Position numbers and translations under genes: made by a program
Notes under the pieces: generated by a model
Seen by the model: only the letters and a program-made list of their open reading frames with translations
Told to the model about the DNA's origin: nothing
Database searches by the model: none
In this document: one piece after another, positions 25,610-32,676 of the stretch
Numbering within the stretch: the first letter of the stretch is position 1
Layout: every line of letters starts with the position of its first letter
From: an uncultured archaeon
GTDB taxonomy: Archaea > Altiarchaeota > Altiarchaeia > IMC4 > QMZM01
Assembly (NCBI GenBank): GCA_964549685.1
Contig: CAZJVE010000011.1
Span: forward strand, 1 to 32,676
Direction of reading: 5' to 3'
DNA length: 32,676 nucleotides

Positions 25610-26338
25610 ATGGTAAGGACAGCCAGAGAGATAATCCCCGGGGTTGAGATTCGCGGTCTGGCACTGTATCTCAGGGATGAAAAGACCCTCGTCCTGGGGG
25701 ATTTGCACCTGGGCTATGAAGAGGAGATGCGGGAGCACGGCTACCTCGTTCCAAGGTTTCAATACAAAGAGATTCTGGATTATTTGGAGGGAATTTTCTC
25801 CGAGGTCGATGTCGAGAGGGTCATCATCAACGGCGATTTAAAGCACGAATTCGGCAGAATCTCAGAACAGGAGTGGAGCGAAGTCATGGGGTTCCTGCGG
25901 TTCCTGGAGGAGAAATGCAGTGAGATAGTCCTGGTTAAGGGCAATCATGACAACATCCTCGGGCCCATTGCCGAGAAGAAGGAGGTGAAGATTCAGGATT
26001 ACTATTTTTCCAAGAGGAAGGGTATCTATATCTGTCATGGCCATAGAATTCCCCAGGATGATGACTTCGGGAATTCCGAGACGGTCATCATCGGCCACGA
26101 CCACCCCGCCATCTCGCTGAGGGACGAGATAAGGACGGAAAGGGTCAAATGCTTCCTCCTTGGCAAATGGAACGGAAAGGTCCTGATACAGATTCCATCA
26201 CTGAACTTTGTGACGGAGGGAACTGACGTTACCGCAGGGAAGATGCTGTCGCCGTTCATGCAGGATATCAGGAATTTCGAGGCCTATGGCGTTGAAGGAG
26301 AAGAGGTCTTTGAATTCGGCAGGGTCGGGCGGCTTTAG
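25610..26338 (+). CDS. Metallophosphoesterase (COG1407-like, Lhr-associated MPE)
   Basis: DLHLGYE, NGDLKH, KGNHD, HGH and GHDHPA motifs; one TA module away from lhr. Confidence 0.9.
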   Translation: MVRTAREIIPGVEIRGLALYLRDEKTLVLGDLHLGYEEEMREHGYLVPRFQYKEILDYLEGIFSEVDVERVIINGDLKHEFGRISEQEWSEVMGFLRFLEEKCSEIVLVKGNHDNILGPIAEKKEVKIQDYYFSKRKGIYICHGHRIPQDDDFGNSETVIIGHDHPAISLRDEIRTERVKCFLLGKWNGKVLIQIPSLNFVTEGTDVTAGKMLSPFMQDIRNFEAYGVEGEEVFEFGRVGRL

Positions 26339-27639
26339 CCCATTATTTTTCTGTCCTTCTTGGTCTGTCGCTCTATCATGAGCATGGACAGTATTGTTGT
26401 TACTACTGCCATGACGACTATCGAGGAGAATACATCGGCAGGTATTAGAGGCCTTGCAACGAATGCTATTACCAATTCTACCGCTCCTCTTGAGTTCATG
26501 CCCCAACCCACTACATAGAGCTGCCTCCAACTGAGGTCGGTGAAGGGTTTCATCAGCATGGAGCCCATAATCTTGCCTGCTGTGGCTACGAGGAGGATTG
26601 AGAGAAGAAGGACCGGGTTCGTAAAGAGCGATGCAACGCTGAAGTTCAGCCCAATGGATATGAAGAAGAACGGGACTATGAGGCCCATGGTAATTATTCT
26701 CAAGTCATTAACAAGTATCTGCTCCTCCTCCCGGTCCCTTATCGAGACCTGCAGGATGATTCCCGCGATAAGGGCGCCTATTATGGTCCCGAGCCCCAGG
26801 AATCCGGATAAGGTTGCGATAAGCAGCCCGACGAGGATTATTATCATGAATTCGCTCACCTCGGACTTCTCCCTCTGGATGTACCTCATCACCATGGGAA
26901 AAAACTTCAGGAGGCAGTATGCAAGGATGATGAAGACGAAGAGCTCAACCGGGAACAGTAGCAGGGGAAACAGGCCCCCGGTGCCCTGCTGAATTGCCGC
27001 AACCTGGGGAACTCCCGCAAGGGTTTCGGCGAACGGGGAGGATGAGGTCCCCACAGTCATCAGGAGAACCAGGCTCAGGAAGAGAACCCCCAGAATCTCG
27101 TCCAGTATCCCTGCGCCGAGCATTATCTCGCCCAACTTTGTGTTGAGCTCCTTGAGCTCCATCAGAATCATGACCTTTGTCCCCCCCGCTGTGAGGGAGA
27201 GACATGCCCCGACGACAAGTGCTATTAGATGCAAATCATAGTAGCCCTGGAGGTCGATGAACCCAAGGCTGCCAAGGATTTCTATGGATGCGAACCCCAG
27301 GATGAACGGAATTAAGGCGGACGATACGCCTATGAAGGCCATGTCTCTCGAGGCATTCCTGAACTTCTCCAGGTTTATCTCCAGCCCCGTGAGCAGGAGA
27401 AGGAATATTATGCCGAGGCCGGAGAGGGTCTCGATTGCGATTGCTGGGAGCTCTCCGGCTGCAAGGGCTGCGGCATAATCGCCCTCTACGAATATCAAGC
27501 CGACCAAGAACGGCAGGCCGAGGATGATTCCCGCGATTATCTGCCCTATGACCTTGGGGTACCTGAGCCTGTAGAATATCTCCGAAATGATGAAGGAGAA
27601 TAGCAGGAAGAAGCCAAGAACAACGATTATCGACTCCAT
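26335..27639 (-). CDS. Cation:proton antiporter (CPA2/KefB/NapA-like)
   Basis: PKVIGQIIAGIILG, LLTGLE, AGILDE, PFFFISIG, GK..G and MNSRGAVEL motifs; about 12-13 TM. Confidence 0.9.
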   Translation of the reverse strand: MESIIVVLGFFLLFSFIISEIFYRLRYPKVIGQIIAGIILGLPFLVGLIFVEGDYAAALAAGELPAIAIETLSGLGIIFLLLLTGLEINLEKFRNASRDMAFIGVSSALIPFILGFASIEILGSLGFIDLQGYYDLHLIALVVGACLSLTAGGTKVMILMELKELNTKLGEIMLGAGILDEILGVLFLSLVLLMTVGTSSSPFAETLAGVPQVAAIQQGTGGLFPLLLFPVELFVFIILAYCLLKFFPMVMRYIQREKSEVSEFMIIILVGLLIATLSGFLGLGTIIGALIAGIILQVSIRDREEEQILVNDLRIITMGLIVPFFFISIGLNFSVASLFTNPVLLLSILLVATAGKIMGSMLMKPFTDLSWRQLYVVGWGMNSRGAVELVIAFVARPLIPADVFSSIVVMAVVTTILSMLMIERQTKKDRKIMG

Positions 27640-27694
27640 AGTAGGTTATTGGAAGCGGCGAATTAAATAGAAGTGTTACCTATAGATACAGGAA

Positions 27695-28108
27695 ATGAAA
27701 GTAAAGGACTGCTGCAACGAGGTGACGCACGACGCGGACCTCGTCAGGGAGAGCGACTCGATAGAGAAGGTGATGAACGTCATGGCAGATGACCCCTTAA
27801 GCAGGTCTGTCTATGTCGTCGATGACGAAAAGAGGTTGCAGGGCATCATAATAGTGAAGGACGTGCTGCAGTTCCTGGGGCCGCAGTTCGTTGATGGCTC
27901 CAGGTCAGTAAGTGAGATATTCGCGCAAACGGCAAGGGACATGATGAGGGCTCCTGTGTCAGTCTCGATGGAGGACTCCATAGAGAAGGCGTTGGAAATT
28001 GCCATTCAGGAATGGCTGGATGACATCCCTGTCTGCGACAAGGACGGAAAAGTCATAGGCGACCTGAACTGCTTTGAGATGATAGACAGCATGAGGAAAG
28101 AGAAATAA
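27695..28108 (+). CDS. Stand-alone CBS-domain pair protein
   Basis: VYVVDDEKRLQGII and IPVCDKDGKVIG CBS motifs. Confidence 0.9.
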   Translation: MKVKDCCNEVTHDADLVRESDSIEKVMNVMADDPLSRSVYVVDDEKRLQGIIIVKDVLQFLGPQFVDGSRSVSEIFAQTARDMMRAPVSVSMEDSIEKALEIAIQEWLDDIPVCDKDGKVIGDLNCFEMIDSMRKEK

Positions 28109-28109
28109 A

Positions 28110-28781
28110 ATGCGTGACAGCTTCAGAATCCTGTTCGAGAGCAAGAAGGACTGGGACATATACGAGGAGTCCCTCGACTACGTAAGGAAGATTATAATGG
28201 GGACGGACCTCGTGAAGGAGGGGTTGACCAGCTTATGCGAAGGCAACTGCGATAAGGCCAAGGAACTTTTGGTCGATATAACGGCCTTTGATGAAAAAGC
28301 AACTCAGATTGCGATGAATATCAAGATAAATATTGTTGAGTCCATACGCGACCCCTATAACAGAGAGGATTTGCTGAAATTAACCCAGAGTATCAGGGAG
28401 ATAATGAGGGCCGTCAAAGCAGTCGGTCACAGGCTCGCAATGTGCGAAAACGTTGAGATTCCTGAGGTAATGAAGGAGGATTTACTTAAGATGGTCGATT
28501 TGGTTGTATTGACCGTAAAGTCCCTGGAGATGAGCCTGGTTGGGATGCCCCACAACCCGAGAGATGCAGTCAAGCACGCGGCGAATATCAGCGAGCACGA
28601 GGAGAAAGTGGATGATTTGAGAAGGGGGCTCATGAGGGACCTCATACGGACTGGAGATGATATGACGCTCACCCAGTTCTATATCATGAAGGAGCTACTG
28701 GACAACCTCGAAAGAATAGCCGACGGCTGTGAAGAAACTGGTTATCTCATAGAATTGATTGTAATGACAAGCGAGCAATAA
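28110..28781 (+). CDS. DUF47/PhoU-like helical bundle protein
   Basis: REDLLKL, EHEEKVDDLRR and LERIADGCEE motifs. Confidence 0.85.
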   Translation: MRDSFRILFESKKDWDIYEESLDYVRKIIMGTDLVKEGLTSLCEGNCDKAKELLVDITAFDEKATQIAMNIKINIVESIRDPYNREDLLKLTQSIREIMRAVKAVGHRLAMCENVEIPEVMKEDLLKMVDLVVLTVKSLEMSLVGMPHNPRDAVKHAANISEHEEKVDDLRRGLMRDLIRTGDDMTLTQFYIMKELLDNLERIADGCEETGYLIELIVMTSEQ

Positions 28782-28816
28782 ATAGATAGCATCTATAATT
28801 AATGATATTCTCTAAG

Positions 28817-29368
28817 ATGATTACCCTAAGACTAAAGGGCCTTGATGAACTGAAGGCCAAGGGCGGGAAGAAGAACCTCCTAATCCAGTGTTCCTTCTGC
28901 CCCGGATGGAATCTCAAGCCAGAAGAGATTGACTCCCTTGCCAACGGACTCGGGGCAGAGGTGAAGAAGATAGGCACCCTCTGCAACAGGCCGAAGATAG
29001 ACGTAAAACCGGCAGACTATGATGCAATATTCGTCCTGGGCTGCGGGGCGGGGGTGCAGGTAGTCTCAGAGGAGCTTAACTGCTCTGTCATTCCGGTTGC
29101 TGACACGACGGGGGTAGGAGTAAAAGACAACGACAAGATTACAATCTACTGCAAGGCCTGTGGGAACTGCATTCTGGACCTTACCGGGGGAATCTGCCCC
29201 ATAGCCAGGTGCCCTAAATCACTCCTAAACGGCCCCTGCGGAGGGGTCCATGACGGCCTCTGCGAGGTGGATGACAGGCCCTGCGCATGGAACCTCATAG
29301 TCAACAGGATGAAGGAACTGAACAAGCTGGATGAACTCATGCAGCCAAGAATGCCAAAACTAAAATGA
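28817..29368 (+). CDS. metV: Methylenetetrahydrofolate reductase small subunit (MetV-like, MTHFR_C domain)
   Basis: GCGAGVQ, CKACGNCILDLTGGICPIARCPKSLLNGPCGG and CEVDDRPCAW motifs; ATGA overlap with metF. The start is ATG 28817 or 28802. Confidence 0.88.
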   Translation: MITLRLKGLDELKAKGGKKNLLIQCSFCPGWNLKPEEIDSLANGLGAEVKKIGTLCNRPKIDVKPADYDAIFVLGCGAGVQVVSEELNCSVIPVADTTGVGVKDNDKITIYCKACGNCILDLTGGICPIARCPKSLLNGPCGGVHDGLCEVDDRPCAWNLIVNRMKELNKLDELMQPRMPKLK

Positions 29369-30255
29369 GCAAATTATCTGATAACTTCGGGAAGACGTTC
29401 ATAGTCACGGGGGAGATAGCCCCGCCGAGAGGTCCGAAACTGGACGAGTTCAACCACGAGCTCGAGGAGATTAAGAAGCTGATGCCAAAGCTTCATGGAG
29501 TTAACGTGGTCGACATCCCGGGCAGCCTGCTGCTGATGAGCTCCCTTGCCGCTTCAATAATGCTGAAGCAGAACGGCGTCGAGCCAATCTATCAGTTGGT
29601 TTGTAGAGACAGGAACATGCTCGCCCTCCAGGCGGATTTGATAGGGGCTGCTGCCTTCGGAATCGAGAACGTTCTCGCTCTTGCAGGAGACCACCCAGCA
29701 TGCAAGAGCAGCGACCACCCGACGGCGAAGCCGGTCTTTGATTTAGACTCAACAACCCTGACAATGGCCATGAAGGCCATGAACCAGGGGAAGGACATAA
29801 CCGGGAGGGAGTTGAATGAGCCGACCAATTTCTTTGTCGGCGTTGCACTGGCTCCCGGCGCTACTCCGCTTGACGGGGAAATCTACAAGGCGAAGAGGAA
29901 GCTGAATGCAGGGGCAGACTTCTTCCAGACCCAGGCCGTCTTTGAGCCCTCGCTCATGGAGAATTTCCTGGAAAGGTATGAGAAGCTCATCGGCGAGGAT
30001 TTAAGAGATAAGGTTCTTGTGGGCCTCGTGCCTTTGTATGACTACGGAATGGTCCAGTTCCTGAGAACCATCCCAGGCATAATAATATCTAACGAAACAG
30101 CGAACAAGATAAAGAACGCCTCGGACCCCGTCGAGGTGGGGGTCAATCTGGTCGCGGAATACATAGACATGGCAAGGGAAATCGGGCTTGCCGGCGTTCA
30201 TCTGATGCCAGCCGGCAAGGTGGAGGCCCTGGTAAGGCTGGTCGAGGGGCTGTAG
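29365..30255 (+). CDS. metF: Methylenetetrahydrofolate reductase
   Basis: VTGEIAPPRG, CRDRNMLALQADL, NVLALAGD, AGADFFQTQ and GVHLM motifs. Confidence 0.92.
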   Translation: MSKLSDNFGKTFIVTGEIAPPRGPKLDEFNHELEEIKKLMPKLHGVNVVDIPGSLLLMSSLAASIMLKQNGVEPIYQLVCRDRNMLALQADLIGAAAFGIENVLALAGDHPACKSSDHPTAKPVFDLDSTTLTMAMKAMNQGKDITGRELNEPTNFFVGVALAPGATPLDGEIYKAKRKLNAGADFFQTQAVFEPSLMENFLERYEKLIGEDLRDKVLVGLVPLYDYGMVQFLRTIPGIIISNETANKIKNASDPVEVGVNLVAEYIDMAREIGLAGVHLMPAGKVEALVRLVEGL

Positions 30256-30306
30256 GGTTTTCTAACATTTGCTGGGGATAAATTCAATTACATATCCCCT
30301 TGAGAC

Positions 30307-32676
30307 CTAGGGATATGTCGCTTCTTTCATATCAATACCGCTTCCGGTAACAGAGTCGCTAATAGTAAGTATACACTTATCTCCACTACTCAATCCTGAG
30401 TGGCTGAATGAACCAGAGTAGTCAGAGATGGCACCTATAGATACTGTCCCAGGGGAGGGAGAGGAAGATACGGGTGGTGAGCAACCAACACTTATCTGAA
30501 CATCTCCGGCAGCGCCAGAATTGGATACCACATAGTTAAAGGTTGCAGAACCGGGCGATGTGACTGATGCCGTAAATGATGAGATTGCGAAGCTGGGTGA
30601 GGTGGGTATTGAGGTTGTGGTAGTGCTAGTAGTTGTGGTGGTGGTTGTGGTAGTAGGACACGTAACCTCAAGCACTTCGGTTCCTGAAAATATCAGTGTA
30701 TTCGCCAGCTGCAGGCCTATCAGGACTATAAGGACGCCGATTATTGCTGCTATTACTATGGCCTTTGCCTGGGTCCTCTTGACTATGTCATCACCGGAGC
30801 CGACCCATATCAGTCCGCCGACTATTATCACAAGGGTGCCCAGAAGCCCTGCCACGAACTGGAGTATCCTTATCAGGTTGCAGCCAATCGTCCAGATTGC
30901 ATCCTTGATGTCCGTGGGGACGGAACAGCCCGGGGTGAAATCGGTTATACCCGTACCGCTCACGAGGGTATTCACCAGCTGCAGGGCTATTATCACTATG
31001 GCCAGCCCGACCAGTGCATGAACCACAAAGTTCTTTGCACTGCTCTTGTCTTCTGGTGTATCTGTGCTCATCCATCTGACGCCCGCTAACGCTATAACCA
31101 GTCCCGATATAAGCGCGGCAGACGCCTGGAGTATCCTAACAAAGATGCATCCGAGGTATCTGGACTTGGTGTCTATATCTGCTCCAGTGGTTGCGCTCTG
31201 GCACTCGCTGAGAGGCGACAGGTCCTGGAGGTCGACGTCGCCGCCCATCAAAACATGCACGAGGTCAAGCGCGAGTATTATGACAACCAGGCCCAAGAGT
31301 GCGTATATTATCCGGGTCTTTGCCTCCACCCTGGATTCCACGTCATCGGCCGAGGCCCACTTAATGCCGGACAGCATTATCACAAGGCCGGCAACAATCA
31401 CGGCAATGAGCTGGATTATCCTGATTAGGATGCAGAATATGTACTGGAGCTGGTTGACAAAATATTCACCACCCAAATCGAAGAACGAGGGGCATGTGAG
31501 CTCCGAGAAGGGGAGGTAGAAATCACTGGGGAGGATGCTCCCTATCAGTGGAATGCCTGAAATAAGACCGGATACCCAGTTGACGAACCAGTTGATTACG
31601 GATATCATGTCAACGATGGAGAGAGCAAGCAGCGTAATCATAAAGCCGACAAGAACGTGGTATATCTTCCTCTTCGCCTCCGTCCTGGTCTCCGGGTCAT
31701 CTGTGCCTACCAGCCTCAGGCCGGTAATGGTAAGGTATAGTGCAGCCACTACCGCCGCCACTGCCTGCATTGACCTCACGAAGATGCAGAATATCACGTG
31801 GAGCTGCGCTATCAGGAGCCAAACAGAGCCGTGGAGTATTGTCTTTGCAACGCACGTCACGAGATAGGGCGTTCCGAATATGCCCGTGAGAAGGCTTCCG
31901 AGGCCTCCGAAGATATCCCCGCCGAAGATGCTGCCTATGCTTCCGAAGATGCTGCTAAAGTCAAAACCAAAGGCAACGGACGTCATCGCCCAGATAAGCT
32001 GCGATGAGACCATGACTATGACCAGCCCGACAAGGGCTTGAATGAACCACCTCTTCGCAATGTTCCTGTCCTCCGGGCTCTCGGAGGACATCCATTTGAT
32101 GCCGGCAAGGACTATCACCAGGGCCACCAGGGTTCCTGCCGGGAAGAGTATCGCAAGGAACAACACGCAGCCGAAGTCCTCTACCTGCGTCTTGATTGCA
32201 TCCGCTTTATTCTGGTCGATGCTGCAGCTGAAATCGCCCATCAGGGCATTGTCATCACCAAAGAAGATGGCCTTGACGAAATTCGTTGCAACGAAGACTA
32301 TTATGAGGCCCACTATCGCACCGTAAATCATGCTCTTGGCCTGCGCCCTCCCCTCCGGCGCATCCGAGGTCGACCACCTTACGCCCGCCAGTGCTATTAC
32401 CACGAGCGCTATTATCGCGGCAATCATTTGGATGATGGTGAATAGGATACATGCGACGTCTACTATATTGGCCATTATCTCATTGCCGCCACTGTAGGCC
32501 GCGCAGTCGAACTGGTTCCACGCAACTGTCTCAGAAATCATAAAATTCGCAAACTGAAGAGCAATTACTATTATGACCGCGGCAACCACCACGGATACAA
32601 TCATCTTCCTCGCCTTGTCCCTCTGCTCGGGGTTGTCTGTGCTCAGGTATCTCAGCCCGGCTATTGCCACCACCAG
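30307..32676 (-). CDS. 5'-truncated membrane protein with at least 7 tandem VirB2/TrbC-like (T4SS pilin-like) repeats, a poly-Thr linker and a C-terminal beta-rich domain
   Basis: The repeated unit C-I..IIQ.IA....LVI.LAG.RW.S.D.PE.R..AK..I..A.VGL.IV..A..LV...C is seen 7 times. The frame stays open at the window edge (CTG at 32676-32674). Confidence 0.8.
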   Translation of the reverse strand: MVVAIAGLRYLSTDNPEQRDKARKMIVSVVVAAVIIVIALQFANFMISETVAWNQFDCAAYSGGNEIMANIVDVACILFTIIQMIAAIIALVVIALAGVRWSTSDAPEGRAQAKSMIYGAIVGLIIVFVATNFVKAIFFGDDNALMGDFSCSIDQNKADAIKTQVEDFGCVLFLAILFPAGTLVALVIVLAGIKWMSSESPEDRNIAKRWFIQALVGLVIVMVSSQLIWAMTSVAFGFDFSSIFGSIGSIFGGDIFGGLGSLLTGIFGTPYLVTCVAKTILHGSVWLLIAQLHVIFCIFVRSMQAVAAVVAALYLTITGLRLVGTDDPETRTEAKRKIYHVLVGFMITLLALSIVDMISVINWFVNWVSGLISGIPLIGSILPSDFYLPFSELTCPSFFDLGGEYFVNQLQYIFCILIRIIQLIAVIVAGLVIMLSGIKWASADDVESRVEAKTRIIYALLGLVVIILALDLVHVLMGGDVDLQDLSPLSECQSATTGADIDTKSRYLGCIFVRILQASAALISGLVIALAGVRWMSTDTPEDKSSAKNFVVHALVGLAIVIIALQLVNTLVSGTGITDFTPGCSVPTDIKDAIWTIGCNLIRILQFVAGLLGTLVIIVGGLIWVGSGDDIVKRTQAKAIVIAAIIGVLIVLIGLQLANTLIFSGTEVLEVTCPTTTTTTTTTSTTTTSIPTSPSFAISSFTASVTSPGSATFNYVVSNSGAAGDVQISVGCSPPVSSSPSPGTVSIGAISDYSGSFSHSGLSSGDKCILTISDSVTGSGIDMKEATYP
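30611..30654 (-). repeat. ACN codon run encoding a poly-Thr/Ser linker (TTTTTTTTTSTTTTS)
   Basis: Low-complexity gtg/gta/gtt repeats on the plus strand. Confidence 0.85.

Noticed and set aside
30307-30610. Diversity-generating retroelement target in the poly-pilin tip domain
   Set aside because: No template repeat or reverse transcriptase is present in the window.
391-32452. Numerous long antisense or alternative-frame ORFs (e.g. 391-981, 1651-2454, 22366-23226, 30560-31021)
   Set aside because: They are shadows of well-supported genes caused by codon bias, with no recognisable motifs.

Overview
This is a chromosomal segment from an archaeon, shown by archaeal-type rpl21e, rpoF, alba, rpl37ae, rpoP, pcc1, prefoldin, proteasome beta and aCPSF1, plus TATA-like promoters. 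I cannot fix the lineage from sequence alone. Positions 1-11.1 kb hold housekeeping information-processing genes: ileS, rpl21e-rpoF-DUF655, ferredoxin-alba, NusA-like-aspS, and rpl37ae-rpoP-pcc1-pfdB-psmB-aCPSF1. Positions 11.1-30.3 kb are mixed: an MNT-HEPN toxin-antitoxin pair, DJ-1/PfpI, an HhH glycosylase, a CDF transporter, argG/pyrBI/argH, a VIT-like protein, XPD and Lhr helicases, an RHH-RelE pair inserted between lhr and its metallophosphoesterase partner, a cation/H+ antiporter, CBS, DUF47 and metVF. Four things stand out. (1) A 5'-truncated gene at the right end encodes at least seven tandem VirB2/TrbC-like pilin hairpins, each bracketed by two cysteines, followed by a poly-Thr stalk and a small beta-rich tip domain. 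(2) A ~180-nt rod-like nested inverted repeat sits at 115-294 and is a candidate ncRNA or structured leader. (3) A ~105-nt three-hairpin element follows lhr. (4) Three small genes are missing from the ORF track: rpoP, a 45-aa Cys-rich protein and a 46-aa orphan. I saw no rRNA, tRNA, CRISPR array or transposase. All family assignments come from motif recognition, not database searches.
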